Assembly (NCBI GenBank): GCA_040376695.1
Contig: JBEIQD010000003.1
Span: forward strand, 1,789-65,788
Origin: Candidatus Nomurabacteria bacterium
GTDB lineage: Bacteria; Patescibacteriota; Minisyncoccia; Phycocordibacterales; UBA5272
DNA length: 64,000 nt
Reading direction: 5' to 3'
The notes under the pieces are model-generated. The model was not told the DNA's origin, did not search any database, and saw only the letters and a program-made list of their open reading frames with translations. Position numbers and translations under genes: made by a program. Numbering within the stretch: position 1 is the stretch's first letter; the number at the start of each line of letters is the position of its first letter. Of the stretch, positions 19,250 through 27,859 are shown in pieces.

Positions 19250-20209
19250 ATGCAAAGCTTATCGAGCCTAAAAGCTGACTTCCTTCAATACATAGAGATT
19301 GAAAAGGGTCGCTCCCCTCTTACGGTAAGGAATTACGACCATTATCTCAGTCGATTCCTAGATTTCATCAAAGTTGAGTCCCCATCCGACATCACAGAAT
19401 CAATGATGCGTGAATATCGTGTATATTTGAACCGTTTACCAGCAAAACCTCCCAAAAAAGGTAGTAAAAAGAGCGTTGTTACAGAAACATTAGATAAAAA
19501 GACCCAGAATTATCACCTAATTTCACTTCGTGCGTTCCTGAAGTATATGCGTAAGCAGGGTTTCCAAGGGTATGATCCTGAACGAATAGAGCTTGCGAAG
19601 ACTTCTTCCCGAGAACTCGATCTTATTTCTGAAAAGGAATTACAGAATCTTATGGCCGCCCCAGATACTTCTACTATCTTAGGTCTTCGTGATCGAGCAA
19701 TGCTTGAGCTTTTCTTTTCAACAGGTCTTCGCGTTTCAGAGCTTTGTTCGCTTGATCGTGACACTGATTTAAAGACAGGAGAAATCTCTATTCGTGGAAA
19801 AGGTGGAAAGATACGAGTTGTGTTCGTCTCTGGCGCTGCACTACTTGCTGTAAAGAAATATATTGAAGCACGTGTTGATATTGATGAAGCAATGTTTATT
19901 GATCACTCCCCTCGCGCACATGCTCGTATTGTTCGTGAGGAGTCTATCCGCCTTACCCCTCGTTCAGTTGAAAGAGTGGTTGAGAAATATGCAATGATTG
20001 CTGGTATTGCAAAAAAGTGTACCCCCCACGTGATTCGTCACTCGTTTGCTACCGATCTTCTCTATAATGGTGCTGATCTTCGTACGGTTCAGCTGATGTT
20101 GGGACATGCTTCTATTGCCACAACACAAATTTACACGAACGTAACTAATAAATTCCTTCGTGATCAGTTTGAGAAATTCCATTCAAAACGAGATTCAAAG
20201 AAGGAGTAG
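19250..20209 (+). CDS. xerC: tyrosine site-specific recombinase XerC/XerD family
   Basis: The C-terminal catalytic region HVIRHSFATDLLYNGADLRTVQLMLGHASIATTQIYTNV holds the R-H-R-Y active-site residues. The internal start MQSLSSLKADFL at 19250 is preferred over the track start 19094, which overlaps rpsO. Confidence 0.85.
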   Translation: MQSLSSLKADFLQYIEIEKGRSPLTVRNYDHYLSRFLDFIKVESPSDITESMMREYRVYLNRLPAKPPKKGSKKSVVTETLDKKTQNYHLISLRAFLKYMRKQGFQGYDPERIELAKTSSRELDLISEKELQNLMAAPDTSTILGLRDRAMLELFFSTGLRVSELCSLDRDTDLKTGEISIRGKGGKIRVVFVSGAALLAVKKYIEARVDIDEAMFIDHSPRAHARIVREESIRLTPRSVERVVEKYAMIAGIAKKCTPHVIRHSFATDLLYNGADLRTVQLMLGHASIATTQIYTNVTNKFLRDQFEKFHSKRDSKKE

Positions 20210-20307
20210 TGGTTGACGTTTGTAGTTATTAATTGTAGTGTGTTGATAGCTAAGGCATTTCGCCTACGCACTACTGTTCTTCCAACAAAATCCTAGAAAG
20301 GGCTCTC

Positions 20308-20559
20308 ATGAGCAATAACAAAGGTCAGCTGCTCCAGGATCCGTTCCTGAACACACTCCGCCGCGAGCATGTCCCCGTTTCCATTTATCTGGTTAACGGT
20401 ATCAAGCTGCAGGGGCAGATCGAATCGTTTGACCAGTATGTGGTATTGCTTAGGAACACGGTGACGCAAATGGTGTACAAACACGCCATCTCCACCATCG
20501 TTCCGGGCCGCGCCGTGAACTTCGCTGCCGCAGAAGCATCGGCGACACCGGCATCCTGA
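20308..20559 (+). CDS. hfq: RNA chaperone Hfq (proteobacterial type)
   Basis: 83 aa. [57 protein letters not shown] is almost residue-for-residue the Sm1/Sm2 region of Beta/Gammaproteobacterial Hfq. GC about 55% against about 40% in the flanks, with CTG/CAG/GGC/CCG-rich codon usage. Confidence 0.85.
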   Translation: MSNNKGQLLQDPFLNTLRREHVPVSIYLVNGIKLQGQIESFDQYVVLLRNTVTQMVYKHAISTIVPGRAVNFAAAEASATPAS

Positions 20560-20577
20560 TTGGTTTCAGCTCCCCCT

Positions 20578-20611
20578 TGGCGCGCATCGAAAGATGCGCG
20601 CTTTTTCTTTT
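20578..20611 (+). terminator. intrinsic terminator after hfq (GC-rich perfect hairpin plus T-run)
   Basis: ggcgcgcatc-gaaa-gatgcgcgc followed by tttttctttt. Confidence 0.8.
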
Positions 20612-20626
20612 GCTATACTGGACGGA

Positions 20627-21394
20627 ATGAAACTTATTTCTTGGAACGTAAACGGCATTCGTGCTGTTCATAAAAAAGGCGCCTTTGATGAACTTATGAA
20701 ATTGAAGGCTGACATTATTGGTATTCAAGAAACAAAGTCTACCCCAGACCAATTAAGTGAAGCAGTCATCTCCCCTTCTGGATATTTTTCATATTTTGAT
20801 TCAGCAAAAGAGCGCAAAGGATATGCTGGTGTCGCTGTGTATACAAAAATTAAACCTGAGAAAGTAGAATATGGATTAGGTATTGAAGAATACGATACAG
20901 AAGGACGATGCCTCACACTTCACTTTAAAGACTTCGCGTTTGTGACATGCTATTTCCCAAATGGTGGAAGAGATGCAGATCACTTTCAGTACAAACTTAG
21001 ATACTACGACATGTTTTTGAAACACGTTAAGCAATTAGAAGAAGAGTATGCACATGTTATTTTCTGTGGAGATTTAAATGTGGCACATGACGTTATTGAT
21101 CTTGCTCGACCAAAAGAAAATGCAAATTCAATTGGGTTTTTACCAATAGAACGTGCGTGGGTTGATAGAGTTCAGTCCGAAGGATTTATTGATACATTTC
21201 GCGCCCTTCATCCTGAAACAGTAAAGTACAGTTGGTGGGATGTAAAAACTGGATCACGAGAGCGAAACGTTGGATGGAGAATTGATTATTTTTTTGTTCC
21301 AGAATCTTTATTCCCCTATGTTAAGAAGTCAGACATCCTGACTGAGTTTATGGGAAGTGACCATGCGCCAGTAGTGCTTGATGTTGAGTTGTAA
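20627..21394 (+). CDS. xth: exodeoxyribonuclease III (AP endonuclease family 1)
   Basis: MKLISWNVNGIRA...IIGIQETK...CGDLNVAHD...SDHAPV hallmark motifs. The internal start at 20627 is preferred over 20594. Confidence 0.85.
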   Translation: MKLISWNVNGIRAVHKKGAFDELMKLKADIIGIQETKSTPDQLSEAVISPSGYFSYFDSAKERKGYAGVAVYTKIKPEKVEYGLGIEEYDTEGRCLTLHFKDFAFVTCYFPNGGRDADHFQYKLRYYDMFLKHVKQLEEEYAHVIFCGDLNVAHDVIDLARPKENANSIGFLPIERAWVDRVQSEGFIDTFRALHPETVKYSWWDVKTGSRERNVGWRIDYFFVPESLFPYVKKSDILTEFMGSDHAPVVLDVEL

Positions 21395-21395
21395 A

Positions 21396-21436
21396 ATAAA
21401 AAGAGCAACGTCGTAGACGTTGCTCTTTTTATTTAG
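21396..21436. terminator. bidirectional terminator between xth and the convergent secreted-protein gene
   Basis: aaaagagcaacgtc-gtag-acgttgctctttt flanked by A/T runs. Confidence 0.65.
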
Positions 21437-21441
21437 TATCT

Positions 21442-22116
21442 TTAGTTCTTCTTAAAGAAAGAGAAGAGAGAATCAATTTGCTCTTTCAAAGCTTCACGAA
21501 ATGTTTTTGGTTCAGCTTTCTGGTCTTCAGTAATTACATTTGCTGCCGCTGTGTTCTGAGTGGTTTTAAGATTTGCTTGCATTGTTGCTGCGGTTGGTGC
21601 CATAGCAGGTGCTGCGCGTAATCCTGCTTTTGCTTCAGGTGCAGCATCTTTTGTTTCAGCTTCCATTTTCATTTCTGCAACAAACGCTTCACGCTTATCT
21701 TTGCTTATTTCTCGACATCCTTTTGTATTTACTTCAAAAGCCGCCCAAGCTTCCTTGCGAGCTTTTGTCAGACCGTCTTGCGCTTGAGTCACCGCTTTTT
21801 TATATTCTTCAACTGCTCTACTGATAGCGTCTTTTTTATCTCCAGCATCTTCAATAGCCACAGCTTCTTTTTCAGCGTTCTTACGTGCCTCAAGAGCTAT
21901 AGACATAGAGTTGTTGTACGCAGTACGAGCAGAGCCAATAGCACTGTCTCTAATTTCGATAGAGCTTTGAGAGCATGCAGTGAGTATTTGAGCTTCTGTT
22001 GGTTGCTGGCCAACGCCAATTTGAAGGCTTGTTGTTGCACTTATCTGAGCACTAGCAAGAAAAGGAATGAGTGCAGTACTGAATGCAAGAGTGGTGATGA
22101 GTGTATTCTTTTTCAT
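21442..22116 (-). CDS. secreted Ala/Lys/Glu-rich hypothetical protein
   Basis: 224 aa with signal peptide MKKNTLITTLAFSTALIPFLASA; downstream of the sigma/anti-sigma pair. Confidence 0.5.
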   Translation of the reverse strand: MKKNTLITTLAFSTALIPFLASAQISATTSLQIGVGQQPTEAQILTACSQSSIEIRDSAIGSARTAYNNSMSIALEARKNAEKEAVAIEDAGDKKDAISRAVEEYKKAVTQAQDGLTKARKEAWAAFEVNTKGCREISKDKREAFVAEMKMEAETKDAAPEAKAGLRAAPAMAPTAATMQANLKTTQNTAAANVITEDQKAEPKTFREALKEQIDSLFSFFKKN

Positions 22117-22142
22117 AGTGATTTTAGTATAGTATTGTTGAT

Positions 22143-22484
22143 CTATAAAGTATAGTCAGCAAGTATCATTCGCTCATCTTCCGCGTTGAGGTTTTGTTCG
22201 AACATTTCAACCTGTTGATCTACTGCGTAGAATGGATTAATTGCCAGCTCTCTTGTTTGAAGAGTTGGATACACTGCGAGTGCAACAAGAAACACTGATG
22301 CGAGCTGTGCGATAGCAAGCCATCTATAGGGGGATCGTATCGCGCGCCTGTCTTCTAGCTCTTTTTCTTTTATCTCTGGTATTTGATTTAAAATATATAC
22401 AAGCGTACCTTTAGACGGCGACACGGTCTCCTTATACATAGCAAGTGCTTGTTCTTCTATTGTGAGTGGTTTGTTGTTATTCAT
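22143..22484 (-). CDS. putative membrane-anchored anti-sigma factor
   Basis: The ORF overlaps the sigma-factor stop by 8 nt and has a single TM helix (WLAIAQLASVFLVALAVYP). The assignment rests on context only. Confidence 0.35.
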   Translation of the reverse strand: MNNNKPLTIEEQALAMYKETVSPSKGTLVYILNQIPEIKEKELEDRRAIRSPYRWLAIAQLASVFLVALAVYPTLQTRELAINPFYAVDQQVEMFEQNLNAEDERMILADYTL

Positions 22485-23064
22485 GGAGGTGGCGGGTGAG
22501 TGCTCGCAGTTTTGTGAGTGCTCGTTCTTTGATTTTTCGCACAGTTGCTTCTTCTTTGCGAAGAACTTCTCCAATTTCTTTATGGCTAAGTTCTCCGTAA
22601 AAGTGCATACGAATTACCTCTTCCTCATCCCCTGTTAGAGATGGGAGGAAAGAATCGATAGACTCTGAAAGAAGTTTCACATGTGTTTCTTTTACGATAT
22701 CGACATGTTCATCTGGAGTTGTTTCAAAGAGAGACTCATCAAACGGAACAGGTTTCTTCTTAACGCCTTCATTAATAAGGAGGTGTTTAGCAATAGTGAA
22801 AAGGTAAGCAAGAGGGCTTTTATCTGGTTCGTACCCAGGCAACGCCTGGAAAAACCTTAAAAAGGCCTGCTGACACACATCGTTTGCTAATTCCGTATCT
22901 CTGCAGCGTGTAAAAACGTACCTGTACAGTGGAGTAAACAGTTGGGTGTATACAACTCCAAAAGCCTCAGTATCGCCCTTTTTTGCTGAAAGTATGAGGC
23001 TTCTAAGATCTTCCGTCTCCTCCACACTATCTATAACCGGTTTGTTTGGATTCTGTGACAGCAT
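22477..23064 (-). CDS. ECF-type RNA polymerase sigma-70 family factor
   Basis: 195 aa with region 2 (LYRYVFTRCRD...DVCQQAFLRFF) and region 4 (LSHKEIGEVLRKEEATVRKIKERALTKLR). Confidence 0.8.
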   Translation of the reverse strand: MLSQNPNKPVIDSVEETEDLRSLILSAKKGDTEAFGVVYTQLFTPLYRYVFTRCRDTELANDVCQQAFLRFFQALPGYEPDKSPLAYLFTIAKHLLINEGVKKKPVPFDESLFETTPDEHVDIVKETHVKLLSESIDSFLPSLTGDEEEVIRMHFYGELSHKEIGEVLRKEEATVRKIKERALTKLRALTRHLHE

Positions 23065-24175
23065 GTATTCCTGGTAGTGTACCAGATGCCAAAAAATCTA
23101 GCATGGCTCCGCCTCCCAAGGAAACGAAATCAAAGGTTCGAAGAAGGTGTAAAGAGTGAGCGACAGACACAGTATCCCCTCCTCCGATGTAGGTAGTTGC
23201 ATTTGAGGCTCCTATTTTTGTGAGCACTTGTTCGGTTCCGAAAAGATTTCCTTTTTCATAAAGTCCTAGTGGACCATTTGCGATAATTGTTTTCGCTTCA
23301 GCAATAGTTTTTGAAATCATTTCAACGGTATCTTTCCCGCAGTCTACAACTTTTCCATCATGAGGTATGCAATAGAATGGAACTGTTTCACCATTTTCTA
23401 GCACTACATCTATCGGAGTCATAAGAAATGGATGACAAAGTAATTTTTCGGCAAGTACTGTTGTTCCATCGAAAAGACTGGTACCAATTTCCACTCCGCG
23501 CGCCTTCCAAATATCATGTACCATTGCTCCGCCAACAAACACATGTACTCCTTGATCAAGGTATCTCTCGATAAGAGAAAGTTTTGTTTTTATTTTTGCT
23601 CCACCAATAATAAGTAGCGCTGGTTTTTGAGGATGAAGTGCGTGAGTTAAATGTTCCAACTCACGAACAAAAAGTGGGCCCAGATACGAAAGAAGGTTTT
23701 TTGGAATCCCGACAACACTCGCGTGCTCTCTATGTGATACAGAAAAAGCATTGTTGATGTATACATCTCCAAGTGCTGCAAAACTTCTTCCAAGTGAAGG
23801 AAGGTTATCTGTCTCCCCTCGCCACATGCGCACATTCTCTAAGAGTATCGCTTCTCCTTCTTTGATATCACGGGATGCTTGTTCGAGTTCATCAAATGAT
23901 ACTGATGGCGTATAGGTAATAAAAGGTACATGCATTTTAATGTACGAAAGAATAGGCTCAATGCTTTCACCCTTTTCTCCGAAGTGAGTCATAAGAACCA
24001 TTTTTACCCCTGCAAATGAAAGCTTTTTAAGGAATTCAAACGTTACATCTGCTCGACTTGTGTCGCTTACCACTCCATCCGTTACAGGTAAATTCCAATC
24101 AAGTCGTACGATAACGCGCTTCCCTTTTAGGGAAGAGTAGTCTTCAATCAAATGTTCTCTCCAATTTTTTTCCAT
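23027..24175 (-). CDS. pgk: phosphoglycerate kinase
   Basis: 382 aa; RLDWNLP, N-terminal domain and GGGD/GGGA motifs are canonical PGK. Confidence 0.9.
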   Translation of the reverse strand: MEKNWREHLIEDYSSLKGKRVIVRLDWNLPVTDGVVSDTSRADVTFEFLKKLSFAGVKMVLMTHFGEKGESIEPILSYIKMHVPFITYTPSVSFDELEQASRDIKEGEAILLENVRMWRGETDNLPSLGRSFAALGDVYINNAFSVSHREHASVVGIPKNLLSYLGPLFVRELEHLTHALHPQKPALLIIGGAKIKTKLSLIERYLDQGVHVFVGGAMVHDIWKARGVEIGTSLFDGTTVLAEKLLCHPFLMTPIDVVLENGETVPFYCIPHDGKVVDCGKDTVEMISKTIAEAKTIIANGPLGLYEKGNLFGTEQVLTKIGASNATTYIGGGDTVSVAHSLHLLRTFDFVSLGGGAMLDFLASGTLPGIHAVTESKQTGYR

Positions 24176-24187
24176 TATGATGCTTAA

Positions 24188-24973
24188 TTATTTTTGATGA
24201 CACGAAAGAATGATTTCTTCAAATGTTCCTACGTCTTGTGAAGCGCGCCCAATGAGCAATCCGTCCACTCCACCTTCTTCAATAAAACTTTTTGCGTTTT
24301 CTGTCGTAACTGTTCCGCCGTACAAGATGTGTACTTTCTTTGCATATTCAATTCCTGCAAGTGCTGCAAGTGCACGCCTCAAAGCAATTACCACTTCGAA
24401 GCATTCGTGTGTGCTTGCAGGAGTCTTCCCTCCGATGGCCCACACAGGTTCATAGGCAATAACAAGATGCTCAAAAAGATCTCTCTTCACTAGCGACAGC
24501 GTTTGCTTCACATCTTCCTCTAGTTCAGCCAGATACTTTCCTTGATTGTCACGAGTGTGTTCGCCAACGCAGAGTATCGTAGTGAGTTTGCTTTGCAATG
24601 AAAGCGCAATCTTGTGAGCTCGAGCGTCACTCGTTTCTCCACGAGCTCGTACTTCGCTATGTCCAATAATTGCAAAGTCTGCGCCACCTGAAAGTATCAT
24701 TGAAGGAATAGTGACCCCTGTTTCTTGCCCAAGACTTACTCCAGATATGTTTTGTGATCCAATATATCCATGTGTAACAATGTCTTGTAGATGTGGTATG
24801 AAAATATCTGGAGCGGCGATATAGTAGCTCTTTTTTGGAAGCATTTTCACGCTTTTTGCTTTTGCGCTCGCTAATTTCTTATCAAGTGTTTTTACAAACT
24901 TTACCGCTTCAACAAGTGTTGCTGGGGAAGTTTTCCAGTTACCAACAAGTAAAGGCACTGTGCGTTTAGTCAT
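24188..24973 (-). CDS. tpiA: triosephosphate isomerase
   Basis: VGNWK, AIIGHSEVR, and the C-terminal GGSV-like segment YGGTVT. Start MTKRTVPLLVGNWK at 24973. Confidence 0.9.
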   Translation of the reverse strand: MTKRTVPLLVGNWKTSPATLVEAVKFVKTLDKKLASAKAKSVKMLPKKSYYIAAPDIFIPHLQDIVTHGYIGSQNISGVSLGQETGVTIPSMILSGGADFAIIGHSEVRARGETSDARAHKIALSLQSKLTTILCVGEHTRDNQGKYLAELEEDVKQTLSLVKRDLFEHLVIAYEPVWAIGGKTPASTHECFEVVIALRRALAALAGIEYAKKVHILYGGTVTTENAKSFIEEGGVDGLLIGRASQDVGTFEEIILSCHQK

Positions 24974-25069
24974 AGGAAAAAGTATACCATTAAGAAAAGC
25001 CATTAATCATCCAATCTGCTTCATTAAAACAAATTTTTCTAAACTTCGTATGTCTGAAGCAATTTCTAA

Positions 25070-25106
25070 CTTTTATAAAAAGAAAAAGCCGCCCGTAGGC
25101 GGCTTT
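25070..25106 (-). terminator. intrinsic terminator downstream of the 2H-like gene
   Basis: aaagccgcc-cgta-ggcggcttt with a U-run when read on the minus strand. Confidence 0.6.
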
Positions 25107-25107
25107 G

Positions 25108-25683
25108 CTAGAAATGAACAGGTGACCACTTTCCTGTGTTGGGATCCTTGCGATTCAGGAAAATAGTCGGTATATGAAGCGAAATCGGAGAAACTTCATC
25201 ATCAGGCCGCTCCTTTGGTGGAAGTTCCATGATTTTCTCGTAAAAACTGGGCTGCTCTTTCGGTGTCACTGCGGCCGTTGCGTGCATGAGGAGCGTAAAG
25301 CGGTCAGGTAGGTACTTCCATCTTTCTGCGGAAATGCTCACCCGTAAATCTTCAACAACATTTCGCATGACTTCACCTGGTTCGAGCACAACTACACATG
25401 CTCGTTTATCAATGTCGAGGTACCGACATTCCTTTGTTCGGACAGTGGCCACCGAGACACCGTTTTCGAAAAGTTTGCAAAAACGGAGACCTTTTGCAAA
25501 ACCTTCCGCAAAATCTTCTGTTGCGAAAAACGGAGACAGCCAACTAATGTGATCCCCTAGTTTTGGCTCATCAAATGAGATTTTGTTTTTGCGGAGTTTT
25601 TCGCGCATACGCTCAAGCATGATTCCGAGGTTCGAGTCTTCCCGAACAAGGCTTGCTACGCTATAGAGGTTTTCGGTTTTCAT
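25108..25683 (-). CDS. 2H phosphoesterase superfamily protein (LigT-like RNA 2',3'-cyclic phosphodiesterase candidate)
   Basis: Two H-x-[ST]-x motifs about 90 aa apart (GDHISWL at about aa 45, LLMHATAAV at about aa 134). GC about 47%, above the neighbours. Confidence 0.4.
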   Translation of the reverse strand: MKTENLYSVASLVREDSNLGIMLERMREKLRKNKISFDEPKLGDHISWLSPFFATEDFAEGFAKGLRFCKLFENGVSVATVRTKECRYLDIDKRACVVVLEPGEVMRNVVEDLRVSISAERWKYLPDRFTLLMHATAAVTPKEQPSFYEKIMELPPKERPDDEVSPISLHIPTIFLNRKDPNTGKWSPVHF

Positions 25684-25815
25684 GAGGTTCTCCCTTGGTA
25701 ATGAACTGGTGTTATCCTACTCCTTTTACCTACGAAATAAAACTTGCTTTTCCTCTAGTTTGTTGTATACTAAAAGAGTTACATTTGGATGTGTGATGAA
25801 TCAGTTTCCCGTTTA

Positions 25816-25846
25816 AACCAGCCCGCAAGGCTGGTCAAATTTTTAT
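25816..25846 (+). promoter_or_regulatory. GC hairpin plus T-run in the nusA 5' region (possible attenuator)
   Basis: accagcc-cgca-aggctggt followed by caaattttta, about 45 nt upstream of the nusA ATG, in the same orientation. Confidence 0.3.
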
Positions 25847-25891
25847 CAAAAATCGAATATCGATTTAGTAATAACCAAGAAATATATACAT

Positions 25892-27268
25892 ATGTTAGAC
25901 ATTAAAGCGTTGAAGGTTGCCCTCGAGCAGCTCGAACAAGAAAAGAAAATTAGCCACGAAAAAGTGGTAGACGCAGTAGAGAAATCTCTTGCTGCAGCGT
26001 ACCAGAAAGAATATGGAAAGCGCGGACAGATTGTTCGTTGCCAAATTAACTTTGAAACTGGTGAAACAAGTTTCGAACAAGTAAAAATTGTTGTTGATGA
26101 ATCAACTGTTCGTATGCCAGTTGAAGGAGAAGAGGAAGTATATGAACCTATCATCGCAGAAGGTGAAAGTGTTGATGGTCTTCTTCCGCGATACAACGAA
26201 GAGCGTCATATTCTTCTTGGAACTGCAAAGCTTCTTAAGAAAAACGCTATTCTTGCTGAAGAAATTGTGTTCCCTCTTGATAATCAAGATGACTTCGGAC
26301 GTATTGCTGCGCAAACTGCAAAGCAGGTTATTGTTCAGAAGCTCCGTGAAGCAGAACGCGAAAGTATTGTTGGAGAATTTACAGATAAGGAAAATACTAT
26401 CGTGTCAGGTGTTGTTCAGCGTGTAGAGCGTGGAACAGCATTCATTGACCTTGGACGCACAACGGCAATTCTTCCATTTGAGGAACAGATTCCATCAGAA
26501 CGTCTTCGTCCAGGCGAGCGTATTCGTTGTTACCTTTTCTCTATTGAAGAAGGTTTCCGCGGACTCTCTATTCGTCTCTCACGTACACATCCAAAGTTCT
26601 TGATTGAACTCTTTAAAAATGAAAGTGCGGAAATTGCACAAGGTGTTGTTGAAATTGTTGCTGTTGCTCGTGAACCAGGAAGTCGTTCAAAGATTGCTGT
26701 TAAATCAAACGATGAACGAGTAGATCCAATTGGAGCATGTGTTGGACAACGTGGCGTTCGAGTGTCAGCCATTACCGATGAACTCTCAGGAGAAAAGATC
26801 GACGTTATCGAATGGTCATCTGACTCACGTCGTTTTATCGCAACCGCACTCTCTCCAGCAAAGGCTGTTTCTATCGAGCTTAACGAAGATGAGAAGAAGG
26901 CTGTTGTAACGGTGGCACCAGAAGAGCAGTCTCTCGCTATTGGTAAGGGTGGACAGAACGTTCGCCTTGCTGCAAAGCTCACAGGATGGAAGATTGATAT
27001 CGTATCAGGTGGTGAAATGATTGCAGAAGCTGATGAAGCAGGAATGTTTACAGAAAATCAGATTGTTGATGAAACTCTTTCAGAAGAAGTAGGAGAAGTA
27101 ATGGAAGCATTGAATGTAACAGAAGAGGAAGTTATCAAAGCAACAGTGGAAGAGGTATCAACTGAAGAATCAGTAGTTGATGAAATTATTGCTGATGAAG
27201 GAGCTTCTACTACAGAAGGAACAGGGCTTGATAAGGAAGCCGTTGATGCTGCCGAAGAAACAAAATAA
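25892..27268 (+). CDS. nusA: transcription termination/antitermination factor NusA
   Basis: 458 aa with N-terminal domain, S1 and two KH domains (IGACVGQRGVRV..., IGKGGQNVRLAAKLTG), and an acidic C-terminal tail. Confidence 0.9.
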   Translation: MLDIKALKVALEQLEQEKKISHEKVVDAVEKSLAAAYQKEYGKRGQIVRCQINFETGETSFEQVKIVVDESTVRMPVEGEEEVYEPIIAEGESVDGLLPRYNEERHILLGTAKLLKKNAILAEEIVFPLDNQDDFGRIAAQTAKQVIVQKLREAERESIVGEFTDKENTIVSGVVQRVERGTAFIDLGRTTAILPFEEQIPSERLRPGERIRCYLFSIEEGFRGLSIRLSRTHPKFLIELFKNESAEIAQGVVEIVAVAREPGSRSKIAVKSNDERVDPIGACVGQRGVRVSAITDELSGEKIDVIEWSSDSRRFIATALSPAKAVSIELNEDEKKAVVTVAPEEQSLAIGKGGQNVRLAAKLTGWKIDIVSGGEMIAEADEAGMFTENQIVDETLSEEVGEVMEALNVTEEEVIKATVEEVSTEESVVDEIIADEGASTTEGTGLDKEAVDAAEETK

Positions 27269-27298
27269 TCTTATTACACGTAATCCAACTAATTCACT

Positions 27299-27835
27299 AT
27301 GAGTTTAAATTTACTCCACGATGTTACTCCAGGAGACAATATACCTAACGAAGTTACCGTAGTTATTGAAATCAATAAAGGTTCAAAGAACAAATACGAA
27401 CTTGATAAGGCGACAGGTTTAATTAAGCTTGATCGTGTTATGAAGACATCTCAAGATTATCCATTTGATTATGGATTTGTTCCGCAAACACATTGGCATG
27501 ATGGAGACCCTCTTGATATCGTTCTTTTGACCACCTATCCACTCATTCCAGGCATTCTTGTTACTGTGCGACCTGTTGCAGTTATGGACATGATCGATGG
27601 TGGTGAAAGTGATGCAAAAGTTATCGCAGTGCCGGTGGATGATCCACGGTTCGATAACGTACAGGATATTGGAGACATCAACCCTCATACACTTAAGGAG
27701 ATTGATCACTTCTTTACAACCTATAAAACTATTCAAGGGAAAGTTGTAACAATTCCAACAGTACGAGATGCAGCTGCTGCAAAGGAAGTCATTCTAGAAG
27801 GAATCGCTCTCTACAAAAAAGAGTTCAATAAATAA
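27299..27835 (+). CDS. ppa: inorganic pyrophosphatase (family I)
   Basis: DPLDIVLL, DYGFVPQT and DGD.DAKVIAV motifs. Confidence 0.9.
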   Translation: MSLNLLHDVTPGDNIPNEVTVVIEINKGSKNKYELDKATGLIKLDRVMKTSQDYPFDYGFVPQTHWHDGDPLDIVLLTTYPLIPGILVTVRPVAVMDMIDGGESDAKVIAVPVDDPRFDNVQDIGDINPHTLKEIDHFFTTYKTIQGKVVTIPTVRDAAAAKEVILEGIALYKKEFNK

Positions 27836-27859
27836 ATTACACGGTAACGAGAAATCTAT

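Noticed and set aside
25828-25850. GGTCAAAtttttaTCAAAA resembling a CtsR heptad direct repeat
   Set aside because: The second heptad does not match GGTCAAA. The site is upstream of nusA, not of clpP or other class III heat-shock genes.
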